From the NCBI GenBank assembly GCA_964187785.1, contig OZ076409.1:3226001-3290000 (forward strand): a stretch of 64,000 bases of DNA, written 5' to 3'. The position numbers and the translations under genes were made by a program. Within the stretch, counting starts at the first letter, position 1. The number at the start of each line of letters is the position of its first letter. Below are positions 40,801-53,200 of this stretch, piece by piece. Source of the DNA: Amphiscolops sp. MND2022. Taxonomy: Eukaryota. The notes under the pieces were generated by a model, which did no database searches, was not told the DNA's origin, and worked only from the letters and a program-made list of their open reading frames with translations.

Positions 40801-43800
40801 ACATGTAAACCGAACCGAAATGAATTTTCAGTTTTCGGTTCATATACGAGTCGGTTCGGTTCTCGGTTAACCGCCGACCCCTGCAGAAAAAAGAGCCCAG
40901 CGCACAAATGCACAGCCATACCTCTCCGAGGAACTCCTTGACAGCGAGTGCACCGCCCTTGTATAAGAAGTGGTCGGTGGCGGCGGCAGAAGAGGTCACG
41001 GGTGCTGGGGGCGGGGGCTGGTCTGCGAAACAGTTGTCCCACAGAGTCACCTCCAGCTCCTTGTCCGGGAAGCTGTTCCTGCCAACACAAACAACACGTC
41101 ACCACACTTCACACGGTGTTATATAGACCAGAATGACTGACGTCAACATACAAAACCAATACACTGGGTCCACATAAACGCTCGAAGGGACTAATTTTGG
41201 CTATGTTTGTCACATCCCAGTCATACGATTTTGATGCCATTGCACATATAGGACTCTAGTATGATGTAGAATGACTGTACAAAACTGCGTTCGAATCGTA
41301 TGACCAGTTTTTGCAAATATCGAAAAGGTCGAAAAATGGTTGTTTGTCATTTTTGGGCTAATTCTGGCTATGTTTCTCAAATCCCAGTCATGTGATTTTG
41401 ATGCCATTGCGCAGGCAGGGGCCCCTTCGGGCGTAGAATGACTGTGCAAAATTTTATGAAAATCGTATGGACAGCTTTTGAGAAATTTGAACTTTTCTTT
41501 TTCATTGAAAGGTCGGGAGAAAAAAACGCCACGAGTGATTAAGTAGTCCAATATTTTTCCGACTCGGTTTTTTTCCCCGACTCCAAGCTTTTTGGTTTCA
41601 TTTTTCCGCCAATTTTGAAAAAGAAGTAGATGAGAACTGTAGTGCGTTAATTTCAATTACAAGAGCAGCGGCTGATGTTGGTTGATGGGTGACGCATGAC
41701 CCAGCCACCAGAGTTTCGACACTGCTAATCAGCGATTTAGCGACCGCGCAGAATTTTTTAAAAATTCAAGCTAGCGGCAGCTAATAGATTGCCCAAATTC
41801 AAAATTTCCTCGGAAAATACACGGAGTTTCGAAATGAATTTCACAAAATTCCGTCTCTTACACTTGCAAAACTCACAAAGTGCGAGAAATGCTATTCTTT
41901 ACTTGCAAAAGTTGAATGAAGTTATCATAAAATTAACATACTTGAATTCAAACATTTAATAGTTTGAAGAAAGTTTTTCAGCGAAATGGGGATTTTGAAA
42001 TTAGCGGTTCAGCGATTAGCGAAAAAATATCGACCATAATAACTTTGCCACCCACCCATCGAAATAGCGATTTTGAAATTAGCGGTTCAGCGATTAGCAA
42101 AAAATATCGACCATAATAACTTTGCCACCCACCCATCGAAATGGCGATTTTGAAATTAGCGGTTCAGCGATTAGCGAAAAAATATCGACCATAATAACTT
42201 TGCCACCCACCCATCGAAATAGCGATTTTGAAATTAGCGGTTCAGCGATTAGCAAAAAATATCGACCATAATAACTTTGCCACCCACCCATCGAAATGGC
42301 GATTTTGAAATTAGCGGTTCAGCGATTAGCAAAAAATATCGACCATAATAACTTTGCCACCCACCCATCGAAATGGCGATTTTGAAATTAGCGGTTCAGC
42401 GATTAGCGAAAAAAAAGCGAGCGATGTCATCAAGACTTTGCCAAACACCCACCCACTCACGGACCGACCTGTTAACGTAGAAGGAGAAGGACTGGTTCCA
42501 CTGGGGACAGAGGGTGTTGGTGGCAGTCTTGGTCCTCCTCAGCGAGTCCTCGCTCCTGTCCGGCAGCAGGTAGATCTTGGCGTACGGGTTCCTCGCCTGG
42601 CCGCCCTCGCGCGAGATGAGGTCCACTGCCTGACACACCGTCACCGTCAGCTGGCTGTCTTTGTCGTTGTACGACAGCTGCATCTACAACACAATGTCAC
42701 ATTTAATAGCTATTTTCCGCCCACAAAAATTTCCGCCCATACTCTGTGTTGCGTTTTTTTCCAAATCTTCACTCTTTACTTCATTTTTTAGTCGGCGCTT
42801 CATGACGTGAAACGCGACTATTATAGTGACTTTTTTTCAATCCACACGAGCTGACCAAAATAGTTCTGCAAAGTTCTGCGAAATTTTATGGTCCCAAATT
42901 GAATCATTTAGCCTAGCGAACGGAATCAAAAAGGTTTTCCTGTTTTTCCGCGTAACATACAATACCGAGTAAGACTAAAGGGTCCCCACTTTCAGTATTT
43001 TTGACATTGAGACTTTTTCCCAATTTTTTTTCCACCAAACAGTCCTCCTCCCTTCAAGTTTTGAACATTTGCGACAGAATGGATGAAAAATCTCAAAAAG
43101 CGTCCCGTGGTGCGACAATTCGGTCCAACTTTTGGGTTTTCCAGGTACTGTAAAAGAATACTTGACACTTTGAAGACCTTTTGCTATTTTTGAGCCTTAG
43201 ATATGGCGCCGACTTATGCCGTTCCCGGCTTGTTTATTCAATATCCAGGTGATTAGAAAAAGAACTGCCACTTGGCCCAGCATGCTACATCTGAACTTCT
43301 GACGTTATATACGAAGTAAAAAGCGTCTTATTAATAAAGAGGATGCGGAGGTTCAAAAATATTGCGCTATATCCGTATTTTGACGTTATATCCGAAGTAA
43401 ATTGTGCTTTACTGAGGAGGAAGCGGGGGTTCGAAAATATTGCGCTACATTCGTATCTTGAGGTTATATCCGAAGTAAATTGTGTTTCACTGAGGAGGAA
43501 GCGGGAGTTCGGAAATATTGCGCTATATCCGTATTTGGACGTTATATCCGAAGTAAATTGTGTTTTACTGAGGAGGAAGCGGGGGTTCGAAAATATTGCG
43601 CTACATTCGTATCTTGAGGTTATATCCGAAGTAAAATGTGTTTCACTGAGGAGGAAGCGGGAGTTCGGAAATATTGCGCTATATCCGTATTTGGACGTTA
43701 TATCCGAAGTAAATTGTGTTTTACTGAGGAGGAAGCGGGGGTTCGAAAATATTGCGCTACATTCGTATCTTGAGGTTATATCCGAAGTAAATTGTGTTTC

Positions 43801-46800
43801 ACTGAGGAGGAAGCGGGAGTTCGGAAATATTGCGCTATATCCGTATTTGGACGTTATATCCGAAGTAAATTGTGTTTTACTGAGGAGGAAGCGGGGGTTC
43901 GAAAATATTGCGCTACATTCGTATCTTGAGGTTATATCCGAAGTAAATTGTGTTTCACTGAGGAGGAAGCAGGAGTTCGGAAATATTGCGCTATATCCGT
44001 ATTTGGCCGTTATATCCGAAGTAAATTGTGTTTTTCTACGGAGGAAGCGGAGGTTCGAAATATTGCGCTATATCCGTATTTTGACGATATATATGAAGTA
44101 AATTACGTAAATTCGTATTTTGACGTAAATTACGTTTTACCAGGGAGGAGATAAATTTTCGATTAGGCGTCCAATTGAAGGCGGAAAATATCCCGGTGCA
44201 TAGCGGGGTCTTGTTCTATATAACCAGTAATGAACTGTTTCAACAAGTAGTCGCAAAACAACTAGCCCCCCTTTCAGCCAACCTTTTCGTAACTTCGCAT
44301 TGGATCAAAAAGCTGTTAAATCCAGACACGAAAGAATCTAATCTGATTAGTGTTTCCTATTTTCATTCCCATCAGCTACATTACATGCCAAGACGAAAAG
44401 CAAAATATCGTACCCCCATTGTCTAAGTAGAAGTTTGAGTCAGAAATGTAATTTTGGGGAGATTCGATCACTTTATATAGCTTCTCGCAATAATTTTGAC
44501 TTCATCAAGAAGTTTGCCAATTACGAAATTAGTTGTTTAACATCTCTAGACCACAAATACGTTTTGGCTACGGTGAGCGAAGTTTCAAACGCAAAAACAT
44601 GGACTTCTGGAAAACTTCAATGACGCTCATGTTTGGTACCTCCTTTGCTCTTCTTTCAATGTTTTGTCCCGGAACAAATCGGAAACTTTGATTTTTAGTC
44701 GGCGTTTTCGAAGAAAAAGCACGACTCTTACAGTGGCTAGTTTGTTTTCGCAATTTTTTTTCCACCAAACAACCCTCCTCCCTTCAAGTTTTGATCATTT
44801 GCGACAGAATGGATGAAAAATCTCAAAAAGCGTCCCGTGGTGCGACAATTCGGTCCAACTTTTGGGTTTTCCAGGTACTGTAAAAGAATACTTGACACTT
44901 TGAAGACCTTTTGCTATTTTTGAGCCTTAGATATGGCGCCGACTTATGCCGTTCCCGGCTTGTTTATTCAATATCCAGGTGCTTAGAAAAAGAACTGCCA
45001 CTTGGCCCAGCATGCTACATCTGAACTTCTGACGTTATATACGAAGTAAAAAGCGTCTTATTAATAAAGAGGATGCGGAGGTTCAAAAATATTGCGCTAT
45101 ATCCGTATTTTGACGTTATATCCGAAGTAAATTGTGCTTTACTGAGGAGGAAGCGGGGGTTCGAAAATATTGCGCTACATTCGTATCTTGAGGTTATATC
45201 CGAAGTAAATTGTGTTTCACTGAGGAGGAAGCGGGAGTTCGGAAATATTGCGCTATATCCGTATTTGGACGTTATATCCGAAGTAAATTGTGTTTTACTG
45301 AGGAGGAAGCGGGGGTTCGGAAATATTGCGCTATATCCGTATTTGGACGTTATATCCGAAGTAAATTGTGTTTTACTGAGGAGGAAGCGGGGGTTCGAAA
45401 ATATTGCGCTACATTCGTATCTTGAGGTTATATCCGAAGTAAATTGTGTTTCACTGAGGAGGAAGCGGGAGTTCGGAAATATTGCGCTATATCCGTATTT
45501 GGACGTTATATCCGAAGTAAATTGTGTTTTACTGAGGAGGAAGCGGGGGTTCGAAAATATTGCGCTACATTCGTATCTTGAGGTTATATCCGAAGTAAAT
45601 TGTGTTTCACTGAGGAGGAAGCAGGAGTTCGGAAATATTGCGCTATATCCGTATTTGGACGTTATATCCGAAGTAAATTGTGTTTTTCTACGGAGGAAGC
45701 GGAGGTTCGAAATATTGCGCTATATCCGTATTTTGACGATATATATGAAGTAAATTACGTAAATTCGTATTTTGACGTAAATTACGTTTTACCAGGGAGG
45801 AGATAAATTTTCGATTAGGCGTCCAATTGAAGGCGGAAAATATCCCGGTGCATAGCGGGGTCTTGTTCTATATAACCAGTAATGAACTGTTTCAACAAGT
45901 AGTCGCAAAACAACTAGCCCCCCTTTCAGCCAACCTTTTCGTAACTTCGCATTGGATCAAAAAGCTGTTAAATCCAGACACGAAAGAATCTAATCTGATT
46001 AGTGTTTCCTATTTTCATTCCCATCAGCTACATTACATGCCAAGACGAAAAGCAAAATATCGTACCCCCATCGTCTAAGTAGAAGTTTGAGTCAGAAATG
46101 TAATTTTGGGGAGATTCGATCACTTTATATAGCTTCTCGCAATAATTTTGACTTCATCAAGAAGTTTGCCAATTACGAGATTAGTTGTTTAACATCTCTA
46201 GACCACAAATACGTTTTGGCTACGGTGAGCGAAGTTTCAAACGCAAAAACATGGACTTCTGGAAAACTTCAATGACGCTCATGTTTGGTACCTCCTTTGC
46301 TCTTCTTTCAATGTTTTGTCCCGGAACAAATCGGAAACTTTGATTTTTAGTCGGCGTTTTCAAAGAAAAAGCACGACTCTTACAGTGGCTAGTTTTTTTT
46401 CGCAATTTTTTTTCCACCAAACAGTCCTCCTCCCTTCAAGTTTTGATCATTTGCGACAGAATGGATGAAAAATCTCAAAAAGCGTCCCGTGGTGCGACAA
46501 TTCGGTCCAACTTTTGGGTTTTCCAGGTACTGTAAAAGAATACTTGACACTTTGAAGACCTTTTGCTATTTTTGAGCCTTAGATATGGCGCCGACTTATG
46601 CCGTTCCCGGCTTGTTTATTCAATATCCAGGTGCTTAGAAAAAGAACTGCCACTTGGCCCAGCATGCTACATCTGAACTTCTGACGTTATATACGAAGTA
46701 AAAAGCGTCTTATTAATAAAGAGGATGCGGAGGTTCAAAAATATTGCGCTATATCCGTATTTTGACGTTATATCCGAAGTAAATTGTGCTTTACTGAGGA

Positions 46801-49800
46801 GGAAGCGGGGGTTCGAAAATATTGCGCTACATTCGTATCTTGAGGTTATATCCGAAGTAAATTGTGTTTCACTGAGGAGGAAGCGGGAGTTCGGAAATAT
46901 TGCGCTATATCCGTATTTGGACGTTATATCCGAAGTAAATTGTGTTTTACTGAGGAGGAAGCGGGAGTTCGGAAATATTGCGCTATATCCGTATTTGGAC
47001 GTTATATCCGAAGTAAATTGTGTTTTACTGAGGAGGAAGCGGGGGTTCGGAAATATTGCGCTATATCCGTATTTGGACGTTATATCCGAAGTAAATTGTG
47101 TTTTACTGAGGAGGAAGCGGGGGTTCGAAAATATTGCGCTACATTCGTATCTTGAGGTTATATCCGAAGTAAATTGTGTTTCACTGAGGAGGAAGCGGGA
47201 GTTCGGAAATATTGCGCTATATCCGTATTTGGACGTTATATCCGAAGTAAATTGTGTTTTACTGAGGAGGAAGCGGGGGTTCGAAAATATTGCGCTACAT
47301 TCGTATCTTGAGGTTATATCCGAAGTAAATTGTGTTTCACTGAGGAGGAAGCAGGAGTTCGGAAATATTGCGCTATATCCGTATTTGGACGTTATATCCG
47401 AAGTAAATTGTGTTTTTCTACGGAGGAAGCGGAGGTTCGAAATATTGCGCTATATCCGTATTTTGACGATATATATGAAGTAAATTACGTAAATTCGTAT
47501 TTTGACGTAAATTACGTTTTACCAGGGAGGAGATAAATTTTCGATTAGGCGTCCAATTGAAGGCGGAAAATATCCCGGTGCATAGCGGGGTCTTGTTCTA
47601 TATAACCAGTAATGAACTGTTTCAACAAGTAGTCGCAAAACAACTAGCCCCCCTTTCAGCCAACCTTTTCGTAACTTCGCATTGGATCAAAAAGCTGTTA
47701 AATCCAGACACGAAAGAATCTAATCTGATTAGTGTTTCCTATTTTCATTCCCATCAGCTACATTACATGCCAAGACGAAAAGCAAAATATCGTACCCCCA
47801 TCGTCTAAGTAGAAGTTTGAGTCAGAAATGTAATTTTGGGGAGATTCGATCACTTTATATAGCTTCTCGCAATAATTTTGACTTCATCAAGAAGTTTGCC
47901 AATTACGAAATTAGTTGTTTAACATCTCTAGACCACAAATACGTTTTGGCTACGGTGAGCGAAGTTTCAAACGCAAAAACATGGACTTCTGGAAAACTTC
48001 AATGACGCTCATGTTTGGTACCTCCTTTGCTCTTCTTTCAATGTTTTGTCCCGGAACAAATCGGAAACTTTGATTTTTAGTCGGCGTTTTCAAAGAAAAA
48101 GCACGACTCTTACAGTGGCTAGTTTTTTTTCGCAATTTTTTTTCCACCAAACAGTCCTCCTCCCTTCAAGTTTTGATCATTTGCGACAGAATGGATGAAA
48201 AATCTCAAAAAGCGTCCCGTGGTGCGACAATTCGGTCCAACTTTTGGGTTTTCCAGGTACTGTAAAAGAATACTTGACACTTTGAAGACCTTTTGCTATT
48301 TTTGAGCCTTAGATATGGCGCCGACTTATGCCGTTCCCGGCTTGTTTATTCAATATCCAGGTGCTTAGAAAAAGAACTGCCACTTGGCCCAGCATGCTAC
48401 ATCTGAACTTCTGACGTTATATACGAAGTAAAAAGCGTCTTATTAATAAAGAGGATGCGGAGGTTCAAAAATATTGCGCTATATCCGTATTTTGACGTTA
48501 TATCCGAAGTAAATTGTGCTTTACTGAGGAGGAAGCGGGGGTTCGAAAATATTGCGCTACATTCGTATCTTGAGGTTATATCCGAAGTAAATTGTGTTTC
48601 ACTGAGGAGGAAGCGGGAGTTCGGAAATATTGCGCTATATCCGTATTTGGACGTTATATCCGAAGTAAATTGTGTTTTACTGAGGAGGAAGCGGGGTTTC
48701 GAAAATATTGCGCTACATTCGTATCTTGAGGTTATATCCGAAGTAAATTGTGTTTCACTGAGGAGGAAGCGGGAGTTCGGAAATATTGCGCTATATCCGT
48801 ATTTGGACGTTATATCCGAAGTAAATTGTGTTTTACTGAGGAGGAAGCGGGGGTTCGAAAATATTGCGCTACATTCGTATCTTGAGGTTATATCCGAAGT
48901 AAATTGTGTTTCACTGAGGAGGAAGCGGGAGTTCGGAAATATTGCGCTATATCCGTATTTGGACGTTATATCCGAAGTAAATTGTGTTTTACTGAGGAGG
49001 AAGCGGGGGTTCGAAAATATTGCGCTACATTCGTATCTTGAGGTTATATCCGAAGTAAATTGTGTTTCACTGAGGAGGAAGCAGGAGTTCGGAAATATTG
49101 CGCTATATCCGTATTTGGACGTTATATCCGAAGTAAATTGTGTTTTTCTACGGAGGAAGCGGAGGTTCGAAATATTGCGCTATATCCGTATTTTGACGAT
49201 ATATATGAAGTAAATTACGTAAATTCGTATTTTGACGTAAATTACGTTTTACCAGGGAGGAGATAAATTTTCGATTAGGCGTCCAATTGAAGGCGGAAAA
49301 TATCGCGGTGCATAGCGGGGTCTTGTTCTATATAACCAGTAATGAACTGTTTCAACAAGTAGTCGCAAAACAACTAGCCCCCCTTTCAGCCAACCTTTTC
49401 GTAACTTCGCATTGGATCAAAAAGCTGTTAAATCCAGACACGAAAGAATCTAATCTGATTAGTGTTTCCTATTTTCATTCCCATCAGCTACATTACATGC
49501 CAAGACGAAAAGCAAAATATCGTACCCCCATTGTCTAAGTAGAAGTTTGAGTCAGAAATGTAATTTTGGGGAGATTCGATCACTTTATATAGCTTCTCGC
49601 AATAATTTTGACTTCATCAAGAAGTTTGCCGATTACGAAATTAGTTGTTTAACATCTCTAGACCACAAATACGTTTTGGCTACGGTGAGCGAAGTTTCAA
49701 ACGCAAAAACATGGACTTCTGGAAAACTTCAATGACGCTCATGTTTGGTACCTCCTTTGCTCTTCTTTCAATGTTTTGTCCCGGAACAAATCGGAAACTT

Positions 49801-50198
49801 TGATTTTTAGTCGGCGTTTTCGAAGAAAAAGCACGACTCTTACAGTGGCTAGTTTTTTTTTCGTCAGTTCAACGCGATCGGTCCACTTTTTCTGTTCATT
49901 TCTTCAACTTCTTGGTCGAGAGGTTAACCCGGATTTTCTGGGGTCTGAGAAGCAGGAGAGCGTGGGTTCGAGTCAAACTAAACCACAAATTTTTTATGCT
50001 TCCAAAAGTAGAGGGGAGACCAAAGGGTCCCCCTTTGCGGTTTTTTTCGGCACTATGCGACATTTTTTCGAAAATTTTTGAATTCTATCAAAGGGTACCC
50101 CCTTGAATTTTTTGAAGTTTTCGGTTTGTAAAAAAAAATGTTTAATAAGCCTAAAGGGTCTCTTTTTGGGTTTTTCGGCAATATGCGACTTTTTTTAC

Positions 50199-50238
<40 letters not shown>

Positions 50239-53200
50239 ACACTATATTATTGTAAGGGGACAGCTGACAGCTTACCATACAATAAGTGTGGATGACTTAT
50301 GCAAGCATAAGTAGTTTTCTCGAACTTTACAACAATTAAAAAGACAGACAGGTTTATTTGAAGCGGAAATCACGCCAGGTACTAGCTACTTGAATAGGAA
50401 CTGCATTTGACTCTTTTTCCAGATGAATTTTCAATCTACTTTTGAATACATGTAAAACTCACACTTGGATCTCGCATATGTAGTGGTAGTGAGTTCCACT
50501 TCAGTGCAGTACAATGAAAGAATGATGAAGATGAAACAGATGAAAAATTACCCGTATAAATAACTTGATTCGTACGGAATTCCATCGATATGTTGCTGTA
50601 GGTAACTTCAACTGGTTTTGGAAAGCTTTTTTGGAAGAAATACTTTTTTTGAAAAAAAAATTTCCCAAGTTTTTCCAATTGTTGTTCCTTGAAGAATTTT
50701 GAGCCTTAGATATGAAGCCGACTTGGGCCGTTCCTGGCTTGTTCTGGATAGTTTTGCTAAGCGTGGTATTCTAGCAAAAAAATCATGTCGGAAAGTATTC
50801 AACATTGTTAGAAATAAGTGAATTTTGGCAAGCCCTACTTGATCTAACGTTTGCGCCTAGAAACCGTTTCTGACGGAAAATGAGGACTCAGAAAAATGCC
50901 GTACGACTAGTGGAAATGTATTTCGAATAGTATTACGAAAAATAAATATAGAAAAAGTGTTAATTTCAGTATTTGCTGTTGGAATATTTGGGCCATGATG
51001 GTGCATACATGATTGTACAAGGACCTCCGAGAACCTCTTTTGAAAACGACACGATCGGCTACCCACTCAGTATGCGATTGACACTGTCACACGACTCGAG
51101 CCTTCGGAAAACACGGATTCGAGACACAAGTTCTATGGATTTCTTGCTCTCACAAAAGAGAACAATTCTATCTCTATCACTTACATGCATTCCTTTCCAC
51201 AACGACATTTCATCATGACGTCATCAGTCAAGACTGAGAATGTCGTTTTGTGATTGGGGCTTCCCACTTGGGGCCGAAAAATACTTAGCATTGTATAATT
51301 CTCTGCAATCTGATTGGCTGACGGGTCGAATCGGAACGAAGTCCGTTCAAAGATGAAAAAAATGAATTTTTCTATTTCCCCTAGTCAGCTATGTTCACGT
51401 ACTCCTAGTGCCCTAAATGCAGGAGCAAAAGTTTCTTGGATTTTTGTCTAGTTTCCACTCGTCTAATAACCGGTAGATAAACAAAAACTAATCAAAACTG
51501 TTTGGCAAAAATTAAAAACTTCGGATCTTTTTTGTTCATACCCCCCTTCCCCCCCCGCACAGTAAGCGCGGAAACTTTAATTCCCCACCACTATCAGCGA
51601 TGAGTTTCAGTTGCAGTTAGAGCTATAAAATACTGCAATTTGATTGTTTGTTCCTATTAATTCAGTGATAATTTCACTTGACCGTTTAACTGGGGGGAAT
51701 TAAACTGGTGGGGGGGATTAACAGAAAAGATCCAAAAATGCTGCACGAAATCAGTTAATTTTTCCATTGAACTTAGTGAGAAATCTTTTTCAACAAAAGT
51801 GTTATCAATATGTTTCTAACGTTAGAAATGAAACTTTTGTGTTAGAAATCCATCATTGATTTTCATCATCTGTTAAAGTCTTTGATTCAGTACGTAATTT
51901 TTGATTCAATACGTAATTTTGTAAAGGTGAATTTCCAAATAACATAGTCCGGGGATAAACAGGGATGTAAAAAATTATATTGTATTTAAATATATTGACA
52001 ATGAATAAATAAAATATATTTATTTGTGGTTTTGTACAAGGCAAATTATTTATTTTTTGATCCAATGTATTTGTGTTTTGGGCCATTATATTTTGATATT
52101 CATTTTAATGTTTGCAAGTATTAAAAGAAATGTAGAATTTTGATCTTTCACGCGAAATACGCGAAGAGCCATTTCAGGAAGTTTCGTTAAAATTATTGAG
52201 GGTTATAAAAACAATATATTTTCTCGTCGCACAAAATTGGGCAATATATTTAATATATTCATTGTTAGTCAGCAACTATTAAATATATTTATTTTTTTTA
52301 AGATAAATATTTAAATACAATATTTTACATCCCTGGTGATAAACGAATGGAATCCCTATACTCTAATCATTTCTAACCTATTTCAGTTCAAATTTTGAAA
52401 TCATTGACATTTGAAAAAAGTTCGCTTTATTTACTACAGCTTTCGCTCATTTATTACATATGGTATTTCAAAACGTACACGTACTTCCATTAAAATAGCA
52501 ACGCGGTGTGATTTTGAGTAATATTCAATGAAATAGCGGTGTCGGGTCACAAGTCCGAAGGATAAAATTAAAATTTTCTCGTCCAATAAGATTTCAGAAA
52601 TCCAGCGTCGTTCAAGATTTACCACACATACTTCTCTGCAATCTGATTGGCTGACGTGGTCGAACAGGAACGAAGTCCGTTCAAAGATGAAAAAATGAAT
52701 TTTTCAATTTCCCCTAGTCAGCTATGTTCACGTACTCCTAGTGCCCTAAATGCAGGAGCGAAGCGAAGCGACGTGCCATATGGCCATGCCTCAATGTTGC
52801 TACTTGGCGAAGGGAGCGAAGCGACCGAGCCATACAACAAATATGCGAAGTATTTTTCGGCTAAGTGACCCACTGTCTTTTTTCGGCCAAGTGAAACCTT
52901 TTTTTTTCGACCAAGTGAAACCTTTTGTTTTTTTTTCGACCAAGTGAAACCTTTTGTTTTTTTTTCGGCCAAGTGAAACCTTTTGTTTTTTTTTCGGCCA
53001 AATGAAACCTTTTGTTTTTTTTTCGGCCAAGTGAAACCTTTTGTTTTTTTTTCGGCCAAATGAAACCTTTTTAATCGGCCAAGTGAAACTTTTTTCGGCC
53101 AAGTTAAACCTTTTTTTCGGCCAATTGGCAGCCCACCACTACTGCTTGGTTGGTTAGAGCGCGCCTCAATGTGAAACTCGCTGCAGTTCATCAAAACTGT

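Noticed and set aside
42396..42683. Piccolo, synaptotagmin or rabphilin assignment for the C2 domain
   Set aside because: RNPY-K-Y-LPDRS and the lack of the SDPYV/Ca2+-binding aspartate pattern fit RIM C2A; a divergent RIM paralogue cannot be excluded without phylogeny.
43343..44101. CRISPR-like regular repeats
   Set aside because: The monomers are contiguous with no unique spacers, there are no cas genes, and the context is a eukaryotic intron.
43343..49213. Four 226-252-aa ORFs with 26-aa repeats (RRKRGFENIAL...)
   Set aside because: They arise from a 78-bp (3n) stop-free minisatellite; there is no splice or domain evidence, and the diverged copy at 60740-60875 does not keep the frame.
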